Origin: Cyanophora paradoxa CCMP329
Taxonomy: Eukaryota > Plantae > Glaucophyta
NCBI GenBank assembly: GCA_004431415.1
Contig: QPMI01000418.1
Span: 57,708 to 121,707 of the forward strand
Length of the DNA: 64,000 bases
Direction: 5' to 3'
Numbering within the stretch: position 1 is the stretch's first letter; each line of letters starts with the position of its first letter. The notes beneath the pieces were generated by a model that saw only the letters and a list, made by a program, of their open reading frames with translations, was not told where the DNA came from and made no database searches. Below are positions 1 through 10,720 of this stretch, piece after piece. The position numbers and the translations under genes were made by a program.

Positions 1-1
1 A

Positions 2-2718
2 GTCTCTCCGGACGACACGGCCTCAGGCTGCCGGCGCTCTCTCCCGGAACAAGCCCGCAGCTCTCTCGCCCTCGTGGTCCCTTACACATCTTTCATGCCG
101 AACATGCCGCCCGGTTTTCTGGCCCTTTCGGAAGGCAAACTGACTCCCGCGAACCAAGATTACATCAAAGCCAACCGTGGCTACGGCAACAACTTTCTTC
201 GCGAACACCCAACTCACCCAGACCTTGGCCGGCTTAACATGAACGGGGCAGTCCCCACAATCTTCAGCGGAACTGAGCGGGACAGCCGCCGCTCTTACTT
301 GACCCAGGCAGTGGGTTTCCTGGTTCGCGCCCTCCTCACTCTCACCCGCTCTCTCCCGACGTTGACCCAGCCCCACAGCTGGAGCCCATGGGCCACTGGG
401 CTCCTGAATTCCAAGTTAAGTTGCTGGATTGGGCTGCCCAAGATCTCCCTCTCCCGGACCGCAAAAGCGCCCGCGGTGCGATCCTGGAGGACTACCGCGT
501 CTCGCTGGAAACCCAGGACGGCAAAGAGCTATACGAGTACGTGGTACGCACTTAAGCTTCTTCTCACCATTCATCACCCTCCCGCTCATCCTCCGCACGC
601 CCAGATCCGACACGTTGCCCCCGGCGGGCCCTTGCGCGCAGAGGACGGCTCCCCGGTCACCACCACGCTCGCAGAAGTCTTGACGGACTTTCAACGCTAT
701 CTCTTCGCTGTGTTCCAGGCCGGTGGTCAGACACCGGAGGCAGCCGCCCGCGCCGCTGTCAACGCTATGCACGCCCTCACGTACACCACTAAGGCCGACG
801 GTCACGAGGCCTACGTCCTCGTGGATAAAAGTACACACCGCGCACTGTGCGCAGCTGATCCAGCGGAGCAGCTCCCTCCTGCTGAGGCGGTCGTAGCCAG
901 CGCCTTCTTTCCTTCTCTTCTAGGCTGCGCCCTCTGCCTCCCGCGCGGCCTCCACTCGGACGACCACCTCCGGAGTGCCTCCTTCTCGCTTTTTATCCCT
1001 GGCTCCACTGCCCCCTCGTTTGCGGCCGTGTCGTTCATCATTCGCGCTTTACACCTCCAGGGGATTACGGTTCTCGGCACGCTCACGTCCTCCCTTCCCT
1101 CCGGGAACCCCACTCTCGTGCTAGTTTGCGCGATCGACTCCTACTCCTCGCTCCCCCCCCCGAAGCGCCGAGTCTCTTTCTCCGACGACGGCCTCGACCT
1201 TCAAGCTTTCCTTCGTACCTTTAATATTACGGTCCAAACCCTCCTTTCCGCCCATCCCTCCCTCGTACTCACTGGTACCCTCAGGGACCCGAGACCGCGC
1301 CGGTACTGGTGGACACCTACGAGATTCTTCTTGCCCCGCCGACCTCCTCCCCCCCAACAACGCTCACTTACGGCGATTTCAACCTCGAACTCACGGTCGC
1401 CCTCTCCAAATGCTGCTCTAAATGCCGCACCGGCGCGGACCCGGCCGACTGGTTCCACGGGCCCATCACATGCCGGGTACCCCCCGCTCGTCCGACCTCC
1501 CCCACCGTCCACCCTCCCTCACTCTCTCACAGGCCAAGCGTCAGCGCACATCCGACGTCATTATGGTGGCGGCCCCCCCGACCCTCGCCTCCCCGCCCGT
1601 ATCATCCCCGGTGATCGCGCGCCGCAAGGGCCGCTTCTAGTCCCTCTGACTCCGATTGTACGCGAACGTGTGTCCCCTCCTTCACGAATCTGCTTGGTCC
1701 AATACACTATTCTGGCACAGCTGCCTACTTTCCGCATTCACACAGAGCCCCCCGGCCACTACTCCGGCCGGTACACCTTACCCGAGCTCCACACCATATA
1801 TCTACCTAGAGCGACGCCGTCGGGCCCCTGCGCGCCGCTCGCCTCTCCTCCGCCCGCCCCGGTGCCGCGCGCCCTGCTGGACGCTGTCGGCCTCCCCGCC
1901 ACCCGGCGCTGCGCCCGTACTGCCGGACCTGGACCTGGAGCGACGCCGCCGCCGGGCCTCAGCGCGCCGCCCGTCTCGCCTCCGCCCGCGCCGACCCCTT
2001 GCGACCTGCACTACACTGTCAGCCCCTCCGATGCCCGGCTCTGCGCCTATGCTGACGGACCTGGATTAGCCGCGAGACCGCCGACTGGCCCCAGCACGCC
2101 GCCCGTCCCGCCTCCGCTCCGGGCGCCGCGCGATCTACAAGACGCTGTCAGCCTCTCCGCTGCCCGACTACGCGCCCGCGCTGACGGACCTGGATCTGCA
2201 GTGAAGCCGCCGCCGGGCCCCGGCGCGCCGCCCGTCTCGCCTCCGCTCGAGCCGGCGCCACCGGGCCCCCGCGCGCCTCCGGTCTCGCCCCCGCCCTCGC
2301 CGGCGCGGTGCGCCCTGCAGGACGCGGTCGGCTTCCCCGCTGCCCGGCGCCGCGCCCGCGCTGACGGACCTGGACCTGACGTGCAGCCACCGCCGAGCCC
2401 CATCGCGCCCCGCGCCTCGCCTCCGCCCGAGCCGCGCGACCTGCAGAACACTGTCGGCTGCCCCGCTGCCCGGCGCCGCGCCCGCACTGACGGACCTGGA
2501 CCTGAAGGGAAGCCGCCACCGAACCCCAGCGCGAGCCGCGCCTCGCCTCCGCCCGCGCCGTGCGACCTGCAGGATGCTGTCGGCCGCCCCGCTGCCCGGC
2601 GCCGCGCCCACACTGACGGACCTGGACCTGAAGAGAAGCCGGCGACGGGCTCCAGCGCGAGCCGAGCCTTGCCCCCGCCCGCGCCGCGCGACCTGCAGGA
2701 TGCTGTCGGTTGTCCTCG
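2..2718 (+). CDS. A0 polyprotein segment 1 (unknown N-terminal region plus start of Pro-rich repeat array); open from window start
   Basis: Frame of ORF 74..2824 has no stop from position 2. It runs into the TIR element at 2719 and rejoins the 10623 frame if 2719-10720 is removed (CG+G = Arg, then GAC). Confidence 0.6.
1850..2712 (+). repeat. Coding tandem repeat array, 120-126-bp units (PRDLQDAVGxPAARRRARADGPGPExKPPPxPSAPPVSPP)
   Basis: Recurrent GACCTGCAGGACGCTGTCGGC...GCTGACGGACCTGGACCTGA units. Confidence 0.9.
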
Positions 2719-2936
2719 CATTGTTTTTCAAATCGATTTTTTTCGCGCGGGACCGTCCCGCGCGGTAGTCCCGCGCGGGACGCCTGCCGCACCGCACGGG
2801 ACAGTCCAGCGTCTAGAACTTTGAAAGCAGTCTAGAAGTCCTGCGTCCGAGCTAGCCGCATCCCGGCTAGGCGGGTGCCGGGCACTGCCGGCAGCTGCAG
2901 CCGGCTTCGACTCCGATCCTCGGAACTTCGGAAAGT

Positions 2937-3095
2937 GGAAGGCCGCCCGCCCGGCGGCCTTCGCGGGCGCGGGACTTCGCTATTAGCGTGTAGAAGCATC
3001 ACCGGCGGCTAGTAACGCGGAAGGCCGCCCGGCCGACGGCCTTCGCGGGTGCTGCTGGACGTTGCTAGTAGCGTGTAGAAGCATCACCGGCGGCT
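2937..3095 (+). repeat. Subterminal direct repeats of the TIR element (2 copies, ~75-80 bp)
   Basis: GGAAGGCCGCCCG...GGCCTTCGCGGG...TAGCGTGTAGAAGCATCACCGGCGGCT occurs twice. Confidence 0.75.
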
Positions 3096-3282
3096 TCGAT
3101 CCGCGGCAGGCCGTGCAACGCGGGTCAGTAGCCTAGTAGCTTCTCACAGGCCTTGCTACTCGCTCAGGTGCGCAGGAAGTGCTCGCTTGACGCCCGCGGC
3201 TCAGACAGGCGGCTCGCGCAGCTCGCTGACCGCCGGAGACTCCTTCGCGAGGCACGAGCGCAGCGGCCAGCAGCCCCGCCGT

Positions 3283-4718
3283 TCGTCTGGCATCGTGCTC
3301 ACGCCCTGATTCCGTCCCCACGGAGCGCCGTGCTCGCTCGCTCGGCAGCTCTCCGCCGCGAAGATGCAGGGCCCCGTGGCCGCGCCGTGCGTCTTTCCGC
3401 GCTAGGAGGGCTTTTGATCCACCTCGTGGCTCACGTGGGTGCGCAGGGACGGTTCGGGAGGCCCCACGGCCGAGTTGACAGGATGCGCAGCTGCAGCGTT
3501 GACCGCCGTTCGCGTTCCCGCGCGCGAAGCTTCGACTCCCACAGTGCGTGGGTGTGATGTGAGCGAAGCGTGTGCAGCTCCAGTGCGTCTGTTGCCGCTT
3601 CCGGGCTGATCCGTTCTGAACCCTGCGGCTGACCAGCGGCTCGCCTCCCGCGCAGAGCTTTCGGACCTGTCGAGCGTCGACCTCGTCACGCTGATGCGTT
3701 TGGGCCACGGCGTTTGGACCGCGCCTGCCTCCGGAGGGCGGCGGCCTCAGGTGCGCGCATGCGCCGCGCGAGCCGCGCTTCGGGGCCGGCGGTCCGCGTT
3801 CGCGGCGCCTCCGTGTGCTCATGCTGATGCACGCGACTCACGCGCAGCTTCCGCGCGTCCTCCGCCGCCACGGTGCCGGCTCTCGCCTCAGGTGCGCCTT
3901 TCGAGCAGCATCGCTGCTCGCGATGATTTGGGGGCCGCGCGTGGCAGATGATGCAGAGCTAGACCGAGCTGGCGCTGCGCGGCTCCTCCTGCGGCAGCTG
4001 GCGAGCTGCGGCAGGCGATGTGGGGCGTCGGCCGCTTGGGGCAGGCGGGCTCTGTGCTTGCGCCGCGGGCTCTGCTGGCGGCGCGCGCTCAGCCTGGCAG
4101 CGGCCGCCGGTGCGAAGGTGCGGCAAGTGGTTGGGGCGCCCTCCGAGCTCCGCCCCGCACTGCTCGCCCCGCCTTCCCCGCCCCCGCCCTCATTCGCTCG
4201 TGGCGGCAGGGTGCCTCTCGCGGGGCAGGGCGGAGGCGCGGCAGGCGGCGGCGCGGCTCGCGGGCGGGGCAGAGGCGCGGCGGGCGACGGCGCCTCTCGC
4301 GGGGCGGGGCGGAGGCGTGGCGGGCAGCAGCGCGGCTCGCCGCGCGGAGCAGGGGCGCGGCGGGCGACGGCGCCTCTCGCGGAGCGGGGTGGAGGCGCTG
4401 CGGGCAGCGGCGCGGCTCGCCGCGCGGAGCGGGGGCGCGGCGGGCGGCGGCGCAGCTCGCGAGGCGGGGCGGAGGCGCGGTGGGCGGCGGCGCAGCTCGG
4501 CGAGCGGGGCGGGGGCGAGGCGGGCGGCGGGGCGGCTGGGCGGGCGGGCGGAGGAGCGGCGGGCAACGGCCACCGGTGCGAAGGTGCGGCAACTGGCGGG
4601 GCGCCGCGCCGGCGCCCTCCGAGCTCCGCCCCGCACCGCTCGCCCCGCCTTCCCCGCCCCCGCCCTCATTCGCTCGTGGCGGCAGGGTGCCTCTCGCGGG
4701 GCGGGGCGGAGGCGCGGC
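3283..4718 (+). repeat. Left arm of ~1.44-kb internal inverted repeat (partner 8817-10252)
   Basis: Mirror ORFs with identical translations on opposite strands (3133..3822- vs 9713..10465+, 3402..3689- vs 9846..10133+); coordinates sum to ~13535. Confidence 0.9.
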
Positions 4719-5257
4719 AGGCGGCGGCGCGGCTCGCGGGCGGGGCAGAGGCGCGGCGGGCGGCGGCGCGGCTCGCCGCGCGGAGTGGGGGCGCGGCGGG
4801 CGGCGGGGCTGGTCGCGGCGCAGGGCGGAGGCGTGGCGGGCGGCGCGGCGGCTCGCGGCGCGGGGCGGAGGCGCGGTGGGCGACGGCGCAGCTCGCCGCG
4901 CGGAGCGGGGCGCGGCGGGCGGCGGCGCAGCTCGCGAGGCGGAGCGGAGGCGCGGTGGGCGGCGGCGCGGCTCGGCGAGCGGGGCGGGGCGAGGCGGGCG
5001 GCGGGGCGGCTGGGGGGCGGGCGGAGGAGCGGCGGGCAACGGCCGCCGGTGCGAAGGTGCGGCAACTGGGCGGGGCGCCGCGCCGGCGCCCTCCGAGCTC
5101 CGCCCCGCACCGCTCGCCCCGCCTTCCCCGCCCCCGCCCTCATTCGCTCGTGGCGGCAGGGTGCCTCTCGCGGGGCGGGGCGGAGGCGCGGCAGGCGGCG
5201 GCGCGGCTCGCGGGGCGGGGCAGAGGCGCGGCGGGCGGCGGCGCGGCGGGCGGCGGC
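4200..5257. repeat. GC-rich GGCGG/GCGCGG low-complexity region with an internal ~200-bp direct duplication (~4550-4760 vs ~5020-5245)
   Basis: Direct reading; repeated CCCTCCGAGCTCCGCCCCGCAC...CATTCGCTCGTGGCGGCAGGGTGCCTCTCGCGGGG block. Confidence 0.8.
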
Positions 5258-7343
5258 GGCTCGCAGTGAGCATCTGATCATGAGCACCCATGCATGCAGT
5301 GCTCATGATGATCATGAGATTTGATCATGATGCCTGGAAAAGATCCCGACCTTCTAACTGACTGGCGAGGTGTACCTGGGCTATATCAAGGGTGCTGGAT
5401 TTGATTTTGATAGTGTTAACGCTGAAAAGGCGCTCTTGCCTCGCCAAGCAATAGTGGGCCCCAATTGCCAACACTTCATTTGTGCCAATTCGCAGGGCAG
5501 CACAGACTCGCAACCGTCTTAAACCGACTGCATAATCAAATCTAGCGCCCTCGAGAACCCCCAACAGCATGCTCAGGGGTGCATGCGATATGGGCCCTAG
5601 GTTTCAATATGGCTCGCAGTGAGCATCTGAGCACCCATGCATGCAGTGCTCATGATGATCATGAGATTTGATCATGATGCCTGGAAAAGATCCCGACCTT
5701 CTAACTGACTGGCGAGGTGTACCTGGGCTATATCAAGGGTGCTGGATTTGATTTTGATAGTGTTAACGCTGAAAAGGCGCTCTTGCCTCGCCAAGCAATA
5801 GTGGGCCCCAATTGCCAACACTTCATTTGTGCCAATTCGCAGGGCAGCACAGACTCGCAACCGTCTTAAACCGACTGCATAATCAAATCTAGCGCCCTCG
5901 AGAACCCCCAACAGCATGCTCAGGGGTGCATGCGATATGGGCCCTAGGTTTCAATATGGCTTGCAGTGAGCATCTGAGCACCCATGCATGCAGTGCTCAT
6001 GATGATCATGAGATTTGATCATGATGCCTGGAAAAGATCCCGACCTTCTAACTGACTGGCGAGGTGTACCTGGGCTATATCAAGGGTGCTGGATTTGATT
6101 TTGATAGTGTTAACGCTGAAAAGGCGCTCTTGCCTCGCCAAGCAATAGTGGGCCCCAATTGCCAACACTTCATTTGTGCCAATTCGCAGGGCAGCACAGG
6201 CTCGCAACCGTCTTAAACCGACTGCATAATCAAATCTAGCGCCCTCGAGAACCCCCAACAGCATGCTCAGGGGTGCATGCGATATGGGCCCTAGGTTTCA
6301 ATATGGCTTGCAGTGAGCATCTGAGCACCCATGCATGCAGTGCTCATGATGGTCATGAGATTTGATCATGATGCCTGGAAAAGATCCCGACCTTCTAACT
6401 GACTGGCGAGGTGTACCTGGGCTACTAGGCTATATCAAGGGTGCTGGATTTGATTTTGATAGTGGTTAGCGCTGAAAAGGCGCTCTTGCCTCGCCAAGCA
6501 ATAGTGGGCCCCAATTGCCAACACTTCATTTGTGCCAATTCGCAGGGCAGCACAGACTCGCAACCGTCTTAAACCGACTGCATAATCAAATCTAGCGCCC
6601 TCGAGAACCCCCAACAGCATGCTCAGGGGTGCATGCGATATGGGCCCTAGGTTTCAATATGGCTTGCAGTGAGCATCTGAGCACCCATGCATGCAGTGCT
6701 CATGATGGTCATGAGATTTGATCATGCCATGATGATGCCTGGAAAAGATCCCGACCTTCTAACTGACTGGCGAGGTGTACCTGGGCTATATCAAGGGTGC
6801 TGGATTTGATTTTGATAGTGTTAACGCTGAAAAGGCGCTCTTGCCTCGCCAAGCAATAGTGGGCCCCAATTGCCAACACTTCATTTGTGCCAATTCGCAG
6901 GGCAGCACAGGCTCGCAACCGTCTTAAACCGACTGCATAATCAAATCTAGCGCCCTCGAGAACCCCCAACAGCATGCTCAGGGGTGCATGCGATATAGGC
7001 CCTAGGTTTCAATCATTGAATATGGCTTGCAGTGAGCATCTGAGCACCCATGCATGCAGTGCTCATGATCATCGGATGGTCATGAGATTTGATCATGATG
7101 CCTGGAAAAGATCCCGACCTTCTAACTGACTGGCGAGGTGTACCTGGGCTATATCAAGGGTGCTGGATTTGATTTTGATAGTGGTAAGCGCTGAAAAGGC
7201 GCTCTTGCCTCGCCAAGCAATAGTGGGCCCCAATTGCCAGCACTTCATTTGTGCCAATTCGCAGGGCAGCACAGGCTCGCAACCGTCTTAAACCGACTGC
7301 ATAATCAAATCTAGCGCCCTCGAGAACCCCCAACAGCATGCTC
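5258..7343. repeat. Satellite-like tandem array, 347-bp unit, ~5.9 copies
   Basis: Unit starts at 5258, 5611, 5958, 6305, 6661, 7024; near-identical units, much lower GC than flanks. Confidence 0.97.
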
Positions 7344-7419
7344 TCACCCGCCGGAACGTCCCGGCAGTTTGAGCTTCGACAGGAATGTTTTATTTGAAAT
7401 ACATTTGCAATACACCACG

Positions 7420-7985
7420 CCTTCGCCCCGCCCGGCGAACCGCGCTGCCGCCCGCCTCACCCCCGCCCTGCCCAGCGAGCCGTGCCGCCGCCCGCCGCGC
7501 CCCCACCCAACCCCGCGAGCCCCGCCGCCCGCCGCGCCTCCCCCCGCCCGGCGAGCCGCGCCGCCGCCCGCCGCGCCCCCACCCAACCCCGCGAGAGGCG
7601 CCGCCGCCCGCCGCGCCCCCGCCCTGCCCAGCGAGCCGTGCTGCCGCCCGCCGCGCCCCCACCCAACCCGCGAGCCCCGCCGCGCGCCGCGCCTCCCCCC
7701 GCCTGGCGAGCCGCGCCGCAGCCTGCCGCGCCTCCGCCCCGCTCTGCGAGCCGCGCCGCCGCCCGCCGCGCCCCCGCCCCGCCCCGCGAGAGGCGCCGCC
7801 GCCCGTCGCGCGTCCGCCCGCCCGGCGAGCCAAGCCGCCGCCCGCCCGGCGAGCCGCGCCGCCGCCCGCCGCGTCGCCGCCCGTCGCGCGTCCACCCGCC
7901 CGGCGAGCTGCGCCGCCGCCCGCCGCGTCGCCGCCCGTCGCGCGTCCACCCGCCCGGCGAGCTGCGCCGCCGCCGCCGCGCCGCC
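7420..7985. repeat. GC-rich CCGCC low-complexity/minisatellite region
   Basis: Repeated CCGCCCGCCGCGCCCCC and CGTCGCGCGTCCACCCGCCCGGCGAGC motifs. Confidence 0.75.
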
Positions 7986-8645
7986 GGAGGAAGGTGCGGA
8001 GGAAGGCGGCGAGGGCGTCGAGGCGGCCGCGCAGCAGCGCCGCCATGCCCCCGAGCGCCGCCGCCATCCCCTCTGCCCGCCCCGCCTCCGTCGACCGCGG
8101 TCGACGGGAGGGGGCGGGGAGGGGGCGGGGAGGGGAGTCGAGGGCGATGCGGCGGAAGTAGCGGACGAGCTCCTCCGCGAGCGCCTCCGCCTCCGCCAGC
8201 CGCCCCTGCCCCGCCTCAGGCCGGGCCGGGCTGGGCCGGCAGGGCGGGGCGGGACGGGGCGGGGCGGGGAGTACGGTGGAGAGGAGGAGAAAGGCGTGCA
8301 TGAGGGCGGGGGCGGTGTCCCGGTTCCAGCCGCCGTAGCCCGCGAGCCGCAGCGACTCCTCCATCCACCCCGCCGCCTCCCCGAAGCTGCGCCCCGCCCC
8401 GCCCCGCTTGCCTTCGCGCCCCCGGGCCGCCGCGGCGCGCGCGGCGCGGGGCGCGCCTGACAGCAAAGCAGGAGCGGAGGACCTCGGCGTTGGAGCCAGC
8501 GGCGGGCGGCGGCGGCGTGGTGGACGGGGCCGGGGAGGGCGGCGCCGCCGGGGAGGCCGGCGCCGTCGAGGGCGTGGGCGATCTCGGCGAGGAGGCGGCT
8601 GGCCTCCGGGACGGTGCCCTGGGCGAGGGCGGCGAGGGCAGCTGC
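7985..8645 (-). pseudogene. Captured host gene fragment with two putative ~70-bp introns (helical, TPR-like peptide)
   Basis: Splicing 8387-8456 (GC..AG) and 8206-8274 (GT..AG) gives NAEVLRSCFAVSFGEAAGWMEESLRLAGYGGWNRDTAPALMHAFLLLST-GRLAEAEALAEELVRYFRRIAL; protein-like sequence amid low-complexity DNA. Confidence 0.5.
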
Positions 8646-8816
8646 TGCCCGCCCCCGCTCCGCGCGGCGAGCCACGCCGCCGTCTGCAGAGCCTCGCCCC
8701 GCCGCTCGCCCTGGCGCGAGTGGCCGCGTCGCCCGCCGCGCCCCCGCTTCGCGCGGCGAGCCGCGCCGCCGCCCGCAGATCCTCGCCCCGCCTCGCAAGA
8801 GGCGCCGTCGCCCGCC

Positions 8817-10252
8817 GCCGCGCCTCCGCCCCGCCCCGCGAGTGGCACCCTGCCGCCACGAGCGAATGAGGGCGGGGGCGGGGAAGGCGGGGCGAGCGGT
8901 GCGGGCGGAGCTCGGAGGGCGCCGGCGCGGCGCCCCGCCCAGTTGCCGCACCTTCGCACCGGCGGCCGTTGCCCGCCGCTCCTCCGCCCGCCCGCCCAGC
9001 CGCCCCGCCGCCCGCCTCGCCCCCGCCCCGCTCGCCGAGCCGCGCCGCCGCCCACCGCGCCTCCGCCCCGCCTCGCGAGCTGCGCCGCCGCCCGCCGCGC
9101 CCCCGCTCCGCGCGGCGAGCCGCGCCGCTGCCTGCAGCGCCTCCACCCCGCTCCGCGAGAGGCGCCGTCGCCCGCCGCGCCCCTGCTCCGCGCGGCGAGC
9201 CGCGCTGCTGCCCGCCACGCCTCCGCCCCGCCCGCGAGAGGCGCCGTCGCCCGCCGCGCCTCTGCCCCGCCCCGCGAGCCGCGCCGCCGCCTGCCGCGCC
9301 TCCGCCCTGCCCCGCGAGAGGCACCCTGCCGCCACGAGCGAATGAGGGCGGGGGCGGGGAAGGCGGGGCGAGCAGTGCGGGGCGGAGCTCGGAGGGCGCC
9401 CCAACCACTTGCCGCACCTTCGCACCGGCGGCCGCTGCCAGGCTGAGCGCGCGCCGCCAGCAGAGCCCGCGGCGCAAGCACAGAGCCCGCCTGCCCCAAG
9501 CGGCCGACGCCCCACATCGCCTGCCGCAGCTCGCCAGCTGCCGCAGGAGGAGCCGCGCAGCGCCAGCTCGGTCTAGCTCTGCATCATCTGCCACGCGCGG
9601 CCCCCAAATCATCGCGAGCAGCGATGCTGCTCGAAAGGCGCACCTGAGGCGAGAGCCGGCACCGTGGCGGCGGAGGACGCGCGGAAGCTGCGCGTGAGTC
9701 GCGTGCATCAGCATGAGCACACGGAGGCGCCGCGAACGCGGACCGCCGGCCCCGAAGCGCGGCTCGCGCGGCGCATGCGCGCACCTGAGGCCGCCGCCCT
9801 CCGGAGGCAGGCGCGGTCCAAACGCCGTGGCCCAAACGCATCAGCGTGACGAGGTCGACGCTCGACAGGTCCGAAAGCTCTGCGCGGGAGGCGAGCCGCT
9901 GGTCAGCCGCAGGGTTCAGAACGGATCAGCCCGGAAGCGGCAACAGACGCACTGGAGCTGCACACGCTTCGCTCACATCACACCCACGCACTGTGGGAGT
10001 CGAAGCTTCGCGCGCGGGAACGCGAACGGCGGTCAACGCTGCAGCTGCGCATCCTGTCAACTCGGCCGTGGGGCCTCCCGAACCGTCCCTGCGCACCCAC
10101 GTGAGCCACGAGGTGGATCAAAAGCCCTCCTAGCGCGGAAAGACGCACGGCGCGGCCACGGGGCCCTGCATCTTCGCGGCGGAGAGCTGCCGAGCGAGCG
10201 AGCACGGCGCTCCGTGGGGACGGAATCAGGGCGTGAGCACGACGCCAGACGA
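8817..10252 (-). repeat. Right arm of ~1.44-kb internal inverted repeat (partner 3283-4718)
   Basis: Reverse complement of 3283-4718 with few differences. Confidence 0.9.
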
Positions 10253-10720
10253 TCGCGAGCTGCTAACGATGATGCTGCACGCTGCCGGCCGAACTGCTTA
10301 CGATGTGCAAACAGACCGCCGCCCGGCCCTCCACGGCCAGCTCCGAACCGCTTACGGCATGCGACACACCACGGCCACCGAGCGACCGCTCCGATGCTTC
10401 TCCACGCTACTAGCATCCGCGGACTCCGGGAAGGCCGCCGAAGAGAGCTCCGACGAGAAGCTTGAACTTCGGAATCTGCTCAGCTAGCCGCGCTTGCGGA
10501 TCTTCGAGGCTCGGGCGCAGCACGAAACCGGAGCCGGCAGCTAGCTAGAGCCGTACGGTGCGGGACGCTGGAGGCGGCTAGACGCCCCGCGCGAGACGAA
10601 GCGCGCGGCGCGGGACTACCCCGTGGCTCTAGAAGCATTCGGAAATTTCCAAAATTCGGGACGGTACCGCGTCCCGCGCGGGACGGTCCCGCGCGAAAAA
10701 AATCGATTTGAAAAACATAG

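Larger units (their letters stand above)
2719..10720. mobile_element. Non-autonomous TIR DNA transposon (hAT-like termini, foldback/Pack-type cargo), 8,002 bp, no transposase recognised
   Basis: Perfect 44-bp inverted repeat 2722-2765 / 10674-10717 (TGTTTTTCAAATCGATTTTTTTCGCGCGGGACCGTCCCGCGCGG). Termini CATTG.../...CATAG. Inverted subterminal motif TGCTAGTAGCGTG(T/G)AGAAGCAT at ~3063 and ~10394. It interrupts the A0 repeat array. Confidence 0.85.

Noticed and set aside
5325-7339. Repeated 81-aa ORF (MLLGVLEGARFDY...) in the satellite
   Set aside because: By-product of the tandem repeat; frameshifted in some units; no recognisable motif
5258-7343. Possible CRISPR array or rDNA/5S/spliced-leader array
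   Set aside because: No unique spacers and no cas genes; no recognisable RNA gene sequence by eye (an Rfam scan would settle it)
3815-9720. Many long Ala/Arg/Gly/Pro-rich ORFs on both strands
   Set aside because: They arise from stop-poor GC low-complexity DNA and inverted repeats; no domain-like sequence apart from 7985-8645
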